Below the pieces are notes generated by a model. That model did no database searches. It had not been told where the DNA came from and worked only from the letters and a program-made list of their open reading frames with translations. The translations under genes and the position numbers were made by a program. Source: Candidatus Woesearchaeota archaeon (lineage in GTDB: Archaea > Nanobdellota > Nanobdellia > Woesearchaeales > UBA11576). Taken from it: a stretch of 42,195 bases of DNA. The stretch covers positions 1 through 42,195 of the forward strand of contig JALWQS010000136.1 of the NCBI GenBank assembly GCA_027083015.1. Reading direction: 5' to 3'. Shown here piece by piece: positions 15,631 to 23,768 of the stretch (position 1 is its first letter; every line of letters starts with the position of its first letter).

Positions 15631-18600
15631 TTATGTTATCCTTACTTTTACTAAACAATCTTCTGTAGCCAAATTCTTAAATTTGATTGTAAAAACTGTA
15701 CCAAGATTTTGAATTGTTTTTAAAGAATCAGCTCTAATATTATTGTCATTCACTAATAATGTAACTTTTTCTTTACACTCTTCTCCCCCGTCTATGTCTT
15801 TTACTATTAATTGGAATGTTCTTTCTGCTTGGGAGTTTTGTGTTATGGTAAATAATCTGTCAAAAATATCTGATGTTTCCTGAATTATTTCATCATAAGA
15901 GGCCACGCAAGTCTTTATGGTTGCAGGAAAGGTTGTTATTGTTGCCCTTGCCTCTGTTGCCCCTACAGGCAGACAATCGCATGTATTGTCTGACTTACAT
16001 TCTACTCCGTCATCACTGTTTGAGCTTGGGTCTAGGAATTGTTTGCATTGGCTTTTTTGATTGCAGCATAGTTTTCCTTCTTTGTTCAGGTAATTGTTCC
16101 ACTCATTGTTTCTTAAGAAAGCATAATTTGAGCTTATGCAGTCGTTGTCGTAACATCCTGTTTCTCCGTCGCAGTCATTATCTATTTCTTCATTACCGTA
16201 ATAATCGTCGCATACTTCTTTTCCGTATCTTCCTGCGTTGTTGGAATAGGGTGCTTTTGGGTTTAGACCTTCTATGTTGTATGGGAATCCTCCTTCTCCT
16301 GCATCGTCTCCGCAGCATTTTCCGTTTGTCCATTCTCCTCCCATGAGCTGGCTGGATCTGCACGCTTCACATAGTTTTTCTGCTGAGTCTGGATCTGAAT
16401 TTTTCTGTCCTGAACATTCTCCGCTTGCTTTTTTGCATGTCCAGTTTCTTGAGTATAAGTGTTTATCTTCAACAGCGTCTGTACAGTAGGGGTCGCTTCC
16501 TAGTATTGCTTGGCTTAGTCCGTTGTATTGGTAGCAGTCTTTTGCATTGCCCAATGGTTTTGTGCATTCTCCTGCTTCACAGGTTGCTCCTTGGAGTAGG
16601 TATCTTCCTTCTTCCTTGCTGAAATCGTATTTGTTTGGGTCGTCTGAACATGCTGGTGCTGCGTTGCATGTTCCGTTGGCTTCTGTTCCGTCTTCTCTTG
16701 TGATGTTGAATGTGTGTTCGTAGGTGTCGTCTGTGTATTTGTAGCAGTCAAATGCTGTTCTTCCCAGGTTTCCTTTGTATTGGTGGCATTTTCCTTCTAC
16801 GCATTTTCCTGGTGGTGTGTATCCTTTGTCTGTTTCGCAGTCTGAGTCGTCGTTGCAGGGTCCTCCTATTGTTATTTCTTGCGGTGTTTTTAGTGCTGGG
16901 TTTGGTCCTTGGCAGGTTTCTATTTCTCCTGTTTTTTTGTCGTCGCATCCTTTGACTGATGTTATTGTCATGTCTGCTGGTCCGTTGCATATGTTTCCTC
17001 TTGTTCCTGAGCAGTGTCTTGAGAATGTTTCTTCTATTATGTCGTTGAAGTATGTTTGCCAGGGGTTTCCTTGTGGTATTCTTGTTTCTCCCATGATTTC
17101 TGCTCCTGTCATTTCTGGGTCGTAATCTTTGATCTGCATTCCGTAGATGGATCCTATTTTTGGTGTTCCTCCGTAGCATATCTTGCTTGGTTTTTCGTAT
17201 GTTCCGTAGGGTTCTTTTTGTATTGCTGCTGTTTGTTTTATCGTGTAGTTTCCTTCTGTTGCGAAGCTTAGTGTTATTCTTTGGTCTGTTATGTCATAGC
17301 TTGTCAGTCCTAACCCGTTCAGTATTACTGCTCTCCGTACAGGATCTGTTGTTAAAGAAAATGGCAGTTCTCCTAATAGGTTTCCGTCTTTGTATATCTC
17401 TATCTTTTCCATCTCATCATTTTCTGTGTCCATAAGGTTTACTTTGTATCGGAAGTAGATGCTTGTTTGTTCTCCTGTTGGCACGTCTTTCGGCACTTCG
17501 AACTTGTCTTCCCATTCTTGTCCTGGTGAGCAGCATAGGTGTGATGATAGCCAGGGGTCTGTCTTGTTGTATGGCCACATGTATTTTGCCAGTGGGTTTT
17601 CGTTGTTCGTGTATGGTAGGCATTGGTATACTGTTACGTTCATCCTGGCTGGTGGTACGTTTACTGCTCTTGCTGAGAGGTTTATCCAGTGTACGCATGG
17701 TATTCCGTTGCAGTTTGCTTTTGTGAAGTTGTACTTGTCTATGTATGCTATGTGTCTTGCCATGTCTGGTGGTTGTTGTGGTAGTGTCAGTACTGCCAGT
17801 ATGTCTGTGAGTATGTATTCAAACGGTTCTTTGTCGTCGCTTATTGAGTAGCCGTTCATTGGTGTGTATCTTGGTTCTGTGCTTCCTGAGGCGTCTATCC
17901 TGTAGTAGTCTTCTTTTGATGCGTAGTAGTACGGTATTTGTTTGCTGTAGGGGTTTGTTCCGTTGATTCTTAGTTGTGGGTAGTCAAGTACCAGTATCCT
18001 TACTTTTTGGTAGTCGCATAGTCCTCCTTCGTCGCACACCCATACTGTTACGTTGTGCGGTCCTATGTCATCGTGTGTTGTGTTGTATGTTGCGTTTCTT
18101 CTTGTTGTTTTGTACGCGTCTGATGTTGTCCATTTTCTTGGCATCTCTTCTGCAGGGTTTTTTTGTTCTATGGATCTTGGGAATCTGAAGTATCTTGATG
18201 GGTGTGTCGGTTCTTTTCTTGAGCAGCTTGTGTCTTCTTTGTTGTGTTCATAATCGTATTTTTCGTCGCATGTCGCTTTCCATCCTGTATAGTAGTATGT
18301 TAGGTTGTCTTCGTCTGGGTCATAGATGTGTTTTTTCTGGAATTCTGGCCTGTCGTCTATCTTGTCTGTGTATGGGTTCGGGTCTATTGTTATTGTGGAG
18401 TTTTCCATGACTACGATGTCGTAGTCTGACCAGTTGACGTCGTCCAGTCCTCCTATCCTGTCTAGTGTTGGGTACCTGTTTTCTCTTACGAACTGGTAGA
18501 CGTAGTTTTCTCCGTTCATCACGCTTGCTGAGTCTTCTATTGTTATCAGGTCGTCCCATAGGCCTATGGCTTTTAGGGGTGTTTTTACGCTTATTTTCAT

Positions 18601-19533
18601 CGCTGGGTCCCAGTGCGAGAATAGTTTATAGTCTTTTGACATGTTGAAGTCCAGTACGTAATCGTCGTACATTGACATGAATGTCGCTAGTTCTACTATC
18701 TTCTTCAGTCTTACTGGTATTCTTTTGTGGAAGTCTGCTACTCTCATCACTGGTTGTCTTCCTCCTACTTCTATCTTTACTGGTATGTAGGCGTCTACCC
18801 ATATGTCTGTCAGTCCTAGTCTTACTGATACGTTCACTTCTCCTGTTGGTGTGACGTTGTATCCTGTTTCTTCTCTTATTGCTGTCCAGTTTGTGCAGTT
18901 TGGTATCTTGTTGGCTACGTATTGTTCTAGTTGCCATTGTGTTGATAGTGTGTCTGTGTATGAGTTGGCCAGGCAGATTACTGTTTGTATTCCTTTTGCT
19001 TTTCCGAACAGATATGGGCTGTTTGGTCCGTTGGTGTCGCATAGTTTTCTTAGTTTTACTTCTCCGAATCTTCCCCAGGTTGCGAAGTCTAGTTCTGGTA
19101 CTTGTTTGCTTCTTCCTGTTCCTCCCGGGTATCCTGGCGGATATGGGTATATCGTGTTGTTGTCTAATGGGGGTAGTGTTTCTCCGTATGATACTTTTAT
19201 CGTCTTGTATGGTGGTCTGTATTGTAGTTGCATGTACTTGTTGGGGTTTGGTGCTGGTCCTCCTTCGTAGTTGTAGATGTTTCCTCCTTGTTGTCCTAGG
19301 TAGATCAGTCCTTCTTCTGCGTTTTTTTCCATGCATTGTCCTACGTAGTAGGGTATTGATCCTGATTTAAGAAGGTCTGTGATGAGTTTTTCTGTCGGCG
19401 CTTCTAGTGTTGCTGTTCTTAACCTGTTGTTTGCCCAGTATATCATCACGAATACTGCTACCATGAGAATTCCTAATAGCATGAACATGGTTATTTGCGC
19501 TTTTTTTGACCTCTTTTTTTTGTTTTTTGTCAT
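15631..19533 (-). CDS. giant (1300 aa) surface protein with a class III (type IV pilin-like) signal, a PKD-like domain and a Cys-rich C-terminal third
   Basis: N-terminus KKRSKKA|QITMFMLLGILMVAVFVMIY fits [KR][GA]|hydrophobic prepilin-type sites. PKD-like block DPDEDNLTYYYTGW...GPHNVTVWVCDEGGLCDY. Many NxS/T sequons. Contains EIDNDCDGETGCYDNDC (about 16136-16190). ATGA overlap with the upstream wHTH gene. Confidence 0.8.
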   Translation of the reverse strand: MTKNKKKRSKKAQITMFMLLGILMVAVFVMIYWANNRLRTATLEAPTEKLITDLLKSGSIPYYVGQCMEKNAEEGLIYLGQQGGNIYNYEGGPAPNPNKYMQLQYRPPYKTIKVSYGETLPPLDNNTIYPYPPGYPGGTGRSKQVPELDFATWGRFGEVKLRKLCDTNGPNSPYLFGKAKGIQTVICLANSYTDTLSTQWQLEQYVANKIPNCTNWTAIREETGYNVTPTGEVNVSVRLGLTDIWVDAYIPVKIEVGGRQPVMRVADFHKRIPVRLKKIVELATFMSMYDDYVLDFNMSKDYKLFSHWDPAMKISVKTPLKAIGLWDDLITIEDSASVMNGENYVYQFVRENRYPTLDRIGGLDDVNWSDYDIVVMENSTITIDPNPYTDKIDDRPEFQKKHIYDPDEDNLTYYYTGWKATCDEKYDYEHNKEDTSCSRKEPTHPSRYFRFPRSIEQKNPAEEMPRKWTTSDAYKTTRRNATYNTTHDDIGPHNVTVWVCDEGGLCDYQKVRILVLDYPQLRINGTNPYSKQIPYYYASKEDYYRIDASGSTEPRYTPMNGYSISDDKEPFEYILTDILAVLTLPQQPPDMARHIAYIDKYNFTKANCNGIPCVHWINLSARAVNVPPARMNVTVYQCLPYTNNENPLAKYMWPYNKTDPWLSSHLCCSPGQEWEDKFEVPKDVPTGEQTSIYFRYKVNLMDTENDEMEKIEIYKDGNLLGELPFSLTTDPVRRAVILNGLGLTSYDITDQRITLSFATEGNYTIKQTAAIQKEPYGTYEKPSKICYGGTPKIGSIYGMQIKDYDPEMTGAEIMGETRIPQGNPWQTYFNDIIEETFSRHCSGTRGNICNGPADMTITSVKGCDDKKTGEIETCQGPNPALKTPQEITIGGPCNDDSDCETDKGYTPPGKCVEGKCHQYKGNLGRTAFDCYKYTDDTYEHTFNITREDGTEANGTCNAAPACSDDPNKYDFSKEEGRYLLQGATCEAGECTKPLGNAKDCYQYNGLSQAILGSDPYCTDAVEDKHLYSRNWTCKKASGECSGQKNSDPDSAEKLCEACRSSQLMGGEWTNGKCCGDDAGEGGFPYNIEGLNPKAPYSNNAGRYGKEVCDDYYGNEEIDNDCDGETGCYDNDCISSNYAFLRNNEWNNYLNKEGKLCCNQKSQCKQFLDPSSNSDDGVECKSDNTCDCLPVGATEARATITTFPATIKTCVASYDEIIQETSDIFDRLFTITQNSQAERTFQLIVKDIDGGEECKEKVTLLVNDNNIRADSLKTIQNLGTVFTIKFKNLATEDCLVKVRIT

Positions 19534-19988
19534 GTTCTCTTTTTTAGTGTGTAGTATTGTGTTTGGTTGTTTAGTGGTGTTCCTTGTATCTTTTTCAGTT
19601 CTTTTATCTTTTCGTTATTTAGGTTTTTTATTGCTTTTATTCCTTTCTTTGTTTTTATCACGAATATCGTTCCTTCTAGTATCAGCTTGTCGGTCTTCTC
19701 TTTTTCTTTCTTGTTCAGTCTGTTGTATTCTTCCATGGCGAACAGTGGGAATATCTCTTCTTCTTTTCTTACTTTGAATTTTCTCAGGTTTGCTTCTTTT
19801 TCTTCTGTAAGTATCTTTTCTTTTGTCATCTTGTTGATGTGTCTTGTTAGTGGTCCTGCGCTTATGTTTAGGGCTCTTGCTATTCCTCTCAGGTGCATTG
19901 CTGTGTTTTTGTTGTTGTAGAATAAGTTCAGTATCTTGTATTCGTTTTCTCTGAATATTGTTCTCATTGTTGAAACGATTGTTTTCAT
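19530..19988 (-). CDS. winged helix-turn-helix transcriptional regulator (ArsR/MarR-like), 152 aa
   Basis: YKILNLFYNNKNTAMHLRGIARALNISAGPLTRHINKMTKEKIL has an HTH-plus-wing pattern. No TM segment. The stop overlaps the giant gene's start (ATGA at 19530-19533). Because the TATA-like palindrome sits only about 12 nt upstream of ATG 19988, the true start may be Met8 (19967). Confidence 0.6.
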   Translation of the reverse strand: MKTIVSTMRTIFRENEYKILNLFYNNKNTAMHLRGIARALNISAGPLTRHINKMTKEKILTEEKEANLRKFKVRKEEEIFPLFAMEEYNRLNKKEKEKTDKLILEGTIFVIKTKKGIKAIKNLNNEKIKELKKIQGTPLNNQTQYYTLKKRT

Positions 19989-19992
19989 TATT

Positions 19993-20010
19993 AGAACATT
20001 TATAAATGTG
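19993..20010 (-). promoter_or_regulatory. palindromic TATA-like box ACATTTATAAATGT
   Basis: Perfect 14-bp palindrome at 19996-20009, immediately upstream of the wHTH gene. It shares a 13-mer (AACATTTATAAAT) with 14491-14503. Confidence 0.4.
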
Positions 20011-20062
20011 TCGTTTCTGATGGCCTTTGTGCTTTTATCGTTAGAATTTTATTTGGAAGCAG

Positions 20063-20779
20063 TCAGCATTCTTTAGTAAGTTTTACTCTTAGCATCTCTG
20101 TGTATCCCATGACTACTTCTTTTGTCCCTTTGCTTATGTTCCTGTATTTTTCTACCTGTTCTTCCTTGACTACATCTTCGCACACTTCTTTGGTCGTTGG
20201 TAGCAGGGTGTTTTTTGGCATTCCTGTTTTTTCTGTATTGTTTGTGAAGTCTGCTCCTATATCGACTAATGGGTCGTATTGCGTGTCTTTCATCAATGGT
20301 ACGATCCTTGATGAGTGAGGTTCTACCAGTAGTTTCATTGGGTTTTTGCTTCTTTTGACTTCTGTTCCGTTATAATAGTCTATCTTATCCAGATATACCA
20401 TCTTTAGTTCGTCATAACCGTTATACACGGTCATCTCTCTTCTTATCCAGTTTGTTTTTCCTTCCACTAATGGCGTGTCAAGCCATTCTTTTGGTCCTAG
20501 TTTTATGAGGAATTTTCCCCATGGTATCTCTATCTCTTCGTTTTTTTCTGGATTGATGGTTTCTGTATGGCATTTCTTTTCTGTTCTTTTTTCTGTCACT
20601 GTGTATGCTTGTGTTTCTATTCTTGGCGCTACCTGTTTTATCTCTTTTAGAACTGTGGATTTTTCTTTGTTTATTGTACATTTGCCGCATCCTGTGAGGG
20701 TTAGTGATACTATCAGAAGCGCTATAAATACCAAGAACAGCCTGGATACTGTCAGAATTCTTTCTTGTCTAACCCCCAT
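20063..20779 (-). CDS. lipobox-containing exported protein (238 aa), hypothetical
   Basis: Signal peptide with lipobox LTLTG|C. It overlaps the upstream CE4 gene by 11 nt. No family recognised. Confidence 0.65.
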   Translation of the reverse strand: MGVRQERILTVSRLFLVFIALLIVSLTLTGCGKCTINKEKSTVLKEIKQVAPRIETQAYTVTEKRTEKKCHTETINPEKNEEIEIPWGKFLIKLGPKEWLDTPLVEGKTNWIRREMTVYNGYDELKMVYLDKIDYYNGTEVKRSKNPMKLLVEPHSSRIVPLMKDTQYDPLVDIGADFTNNTEKTGMPKNTLLPTTKEVCEDVVKEEQVEKYRNISKGTKEVVMGYTEMLRVKLTKEC

Positions 20780-21530
20780 GTTTCCTTATTAGCTCTGCGT
20801 GGCTTATAAAAGTTACGTTTCGCTTTTTTAAGTCTTTTATAAACTGTTGGAATCGTTCCTTTTCTTTTACTATATGGTGCGGGTGGAATACGTAGCTTTC
20901 TGTTTTTCCTTCTTTGTTCCTTAGTATTGAGAAGTATAGTGTTGGCATCTTTAGGTAATAGGTCCATATTACGTCTTCTACTGGTATTCCCATCACGCTT
21001 GATACTGGTATTTCTCCTATCTTCATGTTCTTGACTGATGGGTAGAATAGCCCTAGTCCTGAGATTATTGATGCGTCATATTGGTATCCTTCTTCTTCCA
21101 GTATCTTCAGGCTTTCTTTGTCTATCCTGTGCCATGGTGCTCTGAATCCTTTTACTTTTTGTCCTGTTTCCTTCTTTATGATCCTTGTGCATCTGCTTAT
21201 CTCTTCTCTCTTTGTTTTTTCATCTATTTTCGTCAGTTTTTTGTGGCTGTAGGTATGGCATCCTATCTCAAACCTTTTCAGTTCTTGTATCACGTCTGGA
21301 TATTCTTCTGCGTATTGTCCGGTCACGAAGAATGTCGCGTTTATCTTTTCCTCATCAAGTATCTTGACGATCTCCAGCACGCATCTTTCATCTACTGGTT
21401 CTGTGTCAAAGCTTAGAAGTATTGTTCGTTCTTTTGGTGGTTGTTTGTTCAGCGCTACCAGTAGCATGCTTGTTAGTAGTATGATGAATATTAGTCCTAT
21501 GATGTTGTGTTTTGTCATCTGTTGCATCAT
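20769..21530 (-). CDS. polysaccharide deacetylase (CE4 / NodB homology domain), membrane-anchored or exported
   Basis: N-terminal helix IIGLIFIILLTSMLLVAL. CE4 motifs in order: LSFDTE (TFDD-like), HTYSH (H-S/T-x-x-H), RAPWH (RxPY-like). AGAGGA SD before the ATG. Confidence 0.8.
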   Translation of the reverse strand: MMQQMTKHNIIGLIFIILLTSMLLVALNKQPPKERTILLSFDTEPVDERCVLEIVKILDEEKINATFFVTGQYAEEYPDVIQELKRFEIGCHTYSHKKLTKIDEKTKREEISRCTRIIKKETGQKVKGFRAPWHRIDKESLKILEEEGYQYDASIISGLGLFYPSVKNMKIGEIPVSSVMGIPVEDVIWTYYLKMPTLYFSILRNKEGKTESYVFHPHHIVKEKERFQQFIKDLKKRNVTFISHAELIRKHGG

Positions 21531-21575
21531 AGGTCCTCTGTTATTGTTTTGTTCTGAATCTTATTCCGTCATCTT

Positions 21576-22592
21576 TTATTCTGTCTGTTCTGCTGACTGT
21601 TCTTTTAGTCTTGCTATCTCTTCTTCTGGGTTTGGGTCTGTGTCCACATCTCTTGCTATGAATTCTAACCTGTCAAACATTGCGTTCTTCACCACTCTCC
21701 CGGATAGTTTTACCAGTTGCCCTAACAGGTCTAGTTTTACTGTGTCAAACTTATCTGTAAATTCTCTGTATTGCAGTATCTCTTCTCGTGGTTTTCCTAA
21801 TAGCTTTTCTGCTTGGTCTCTGAAGAATACGCATCTTATGGTTTCTGTGGAGTCGTCTAGCACCGCATTTAGTACGTATGAATAGTCTGGTTCTACTGTT
21901 CCGTGGGTGTCGCATACGTATTCTGTCTCTCTTTGTCTTGCTCTTTTTCCGCATTGCGGACATACTTCGAAGAATCTTGGTTCGAACACCTGGACTATCG
22001 TTCCGAAGAGTTCCACATTATTGTCTGTTTCTTTCAGTTCATTCACGCTTTTTCTGACTGCTTTCGCTCCTGCTGACGTTTTTTGTACTTGTCCGATCGT
22101 CTCGCCTGCTGGGTTGATCTCTACTTCTGACCTGTCATTTAGGTGCAATTCCAGCACTCCGTTGTTTTCTCTTACTGTTGCATCCTTGACTCTTATGATA
22201 TCTCCTTCTTTTACTTCTGCTATCTTTTCTGTTGCTCCGTGCCAGCAGGTTACTCTTATCACTCCTGTCTCATCGCCCATCATCAGGCTTTGTACTTTTC
22301 CTTCTCCTCTTGCATTGGTGAATTCTCTTAAGTCCCATTTGTTCTGTACCTTTCCTACTACTTCTACGTTTCTCATGCCTGATATGAGCTTGTCTATCTT
22401 CATCTTTCCTGTGTATTGTTCGAACAGGTTTATTCCCAGCTCATTGGCTACTATGTGTGCTGCTCCGTCTTTGGATATGAGTCCTGATAGTTGTTCCAGT
22501 TTTTGTTTGACTCTTTCTTCTAGCTCTTCTTGTGATAGTTCGCTTTTTTCTTTTAGTGTTTGCATTATTTGTTCGTAGGTTAGTTTGATCAT
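21576..22592 (-). CDS. replication protein A-type ssDNA-binding protein (two OB folds + zinc finger)
   Basis: OB-fold pattern VEVVGKV...GDETGVIRVTCW. Second OB fold interrupted by CPQCGKRARQRETEYVCDTHG (C-x2-C...C-x2-H), then LDDSTETIRCVFF. This is typical of euryarchaeal-type RPA. Confidence 0.8.
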   Translation of the reverse strand: MIKLTYEQIMQTLKEKSELSQEELEERVKQKLEQLSGLISKDGAAHIVANELGINLFEQYTGKMKIDKLISGMRNVEVVGKVQNKWDLREFTNARGEGKVQSLMMGDETGVIRVTCWHGATEKIAEVKEGDIIRVKDATVRENNGVLELHLNDRSEVEINPAGETIGQVQKTSAGAKAVRKSVNELKETDNNVELFGTIVQVFEPRFFEVCPQCGKRARQRETEYVCDTHGTVEPDYSYVLNAVLDDSTETIRCVFFRDQAEKLLGKPREEILQYREFTDKFDTVKLDLLGQLVKLSGRVVKNAMFDRLEFIARDVDTDPNPEEEIARLKEQSAEQTE

Positions 22593-22749
22593 TTATCCAC
22601 CCCTTGCCTTTTCTTTTTGCCTGCCTTTTTATAGATTTCTGTCTTTCATAATATACTCTTAAAAGCAGCGTTTTTGTTGTTTATAGGGATATCATTATCG
22701 CTAAACTCCTATCACTAATTATTTATACCTCTCCTTCTTTTGTGTTTTC

Positions 22750-23202
22750 ATGCTTTTTAAGACTCATGTTGTTTTTGGTTTCCTTGTAGCTTTGTTTGGT
22801 GTTTCTTATTTTCACCCTGACAACCAGATCCTTTTCGCCTTTATAACTGTGTTTGCTTCTGCTCTTCCTGATATTGATCATCCTAATTCTGTTGTTGGCC
22901 GTAAGTTTCGTCCTGTCTCTTTCCTTTTTGAGCATCGTGGTTTCTTTCATTCTTTCTTTGCTATCGCTTTGTTTACTTTCTTGACTTATGGTCTTTCTGG
23001 TTCTGTCCTTTATTCTTCTGCTTTCCTTATCGGTTATGCTTCTCATATACTTGCTGATGCTATTACTGATGCGGGTATCATGCCTTTTCACCCTATTCTT
23101 AAGTTTCGTCTTAAGGGTTTTTTCCGTACTGGAGCGGCTTATGAGTATATCCTCCTGGTTTTTCTTGTCTGTTTTGTCTTGATTAAGGTTTTTTATTTAT
23201 GA
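22750..23202 (+). CDS. membrane-bound metal-dependent hydrolase, YdjM/DUF457 family
   Basis: Family signature blocks THVVFGF, LPDIDHPNS, EHRGFFHSF and ASHILADAIT within a 4-TM 150-aa protein. TATA-like TTTATAC about 25 nt upstream. Confidence 0.75.
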   Translation: MLFKTHVVFGFLVALFGVSYFHPDNQILFAFITVFASALPDIDHPNSVVGRKFRPVSFLFEHRGFFHSFFAIALFTFLTYGLSGSVLYSSAFLIGYASHILADAITDAGIMPFHPILKFRLKGFFRTGAAYEYILLVFLVCFVLIKVFYL

Positions 23203-23467
23203 TGCTCTGACCTTTATGCGCATGATCTTTGTATATCTGATCTTTAATTATAGCACTAGACGCCCGCATATCTTTCGGTTAGCCTTAGAATGCTTTTACC
23301 CTCATTTTTGGCCCTTTCTGATTGTCTCACTCCCCACTGGACATGTTGAGATGAGCTATTTAAACCTGTGTGGCGTATTATGTTCTGTTGTGTTTGACAG
23401 CTGTCGTGACATGACCTCCGCCCGTTAGGGTTTGAAAAAAGATGGGAATACCAAGGAGGTGTTTTTT

Positions 23468-23743
23468 ATGAAAACAGATGATTTGACTGGTGTTAAGGCT
23501 AATGTGCCTGAAAAAAGGTTTCGTGCTGGCTCTGTTTCGGCTACTATTTGGAAGAATACGCTGGAAAAGGATGGTCGGACCTTTGAGATCCGTTCTATCC
23601 AGTTTGAGCGGTCTTATAAAGATAAGGATAGCGATAAGTGGAAGAGCACTTCTTCTTTGAGGGCTATGGACATCCCTAAAGCTGTGGTTGTCCTCAACAA
23701 GGCTTACGAGTACTTGGTTTTAAACAATCAGGTTGAGGCCTAA
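23468..23743 (+). CDS. small conserved-looking protein (91 aa), possible PC4/Whirly-like ssDNA binder (weak)
   Basis: AAGGAGG SD 8 nt upstream of ATG 23468; the track's TTG at 23432 is less likely. Beta-rich pattern FRAGSVSATIWKN...FEIRSIQFERSYKDKD..KWK. Lies directly upstream of radA. The family assignment is tentative. Confidence 0.5.
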   Translation: MKTDDLTGVKANVPEKRFRAGSVSATIWKNTLEKDGRTFEIRSIQFERSYKDKDSDKWKSTSSLRAMDIPKAVVVLNKAYEYLVLNNQVEA

Positions 23744-23768
23744 ACTATTATATATGAGGTGAGTACTG

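Noticed and set aside
1-21530. Reading the secretome-rich left half as a provirus, plasmid insertion or transposon-borne island.
   Set aside because: I recognised no integrase, transposase, capsid, portal or terminase-like genes, no flanking direct repeats and no tRNA target. Apart from the 14.35-15.9 kb patch, composition matches the housekeeping part.
23216-23428. 70-aa ORF in the DUF457 to small-gene spacer.
   Set aside because: It has no SD, its codon style is atypical for + genes, and its peptide composition is implausible. I treat the region as non-coding (see the finding).
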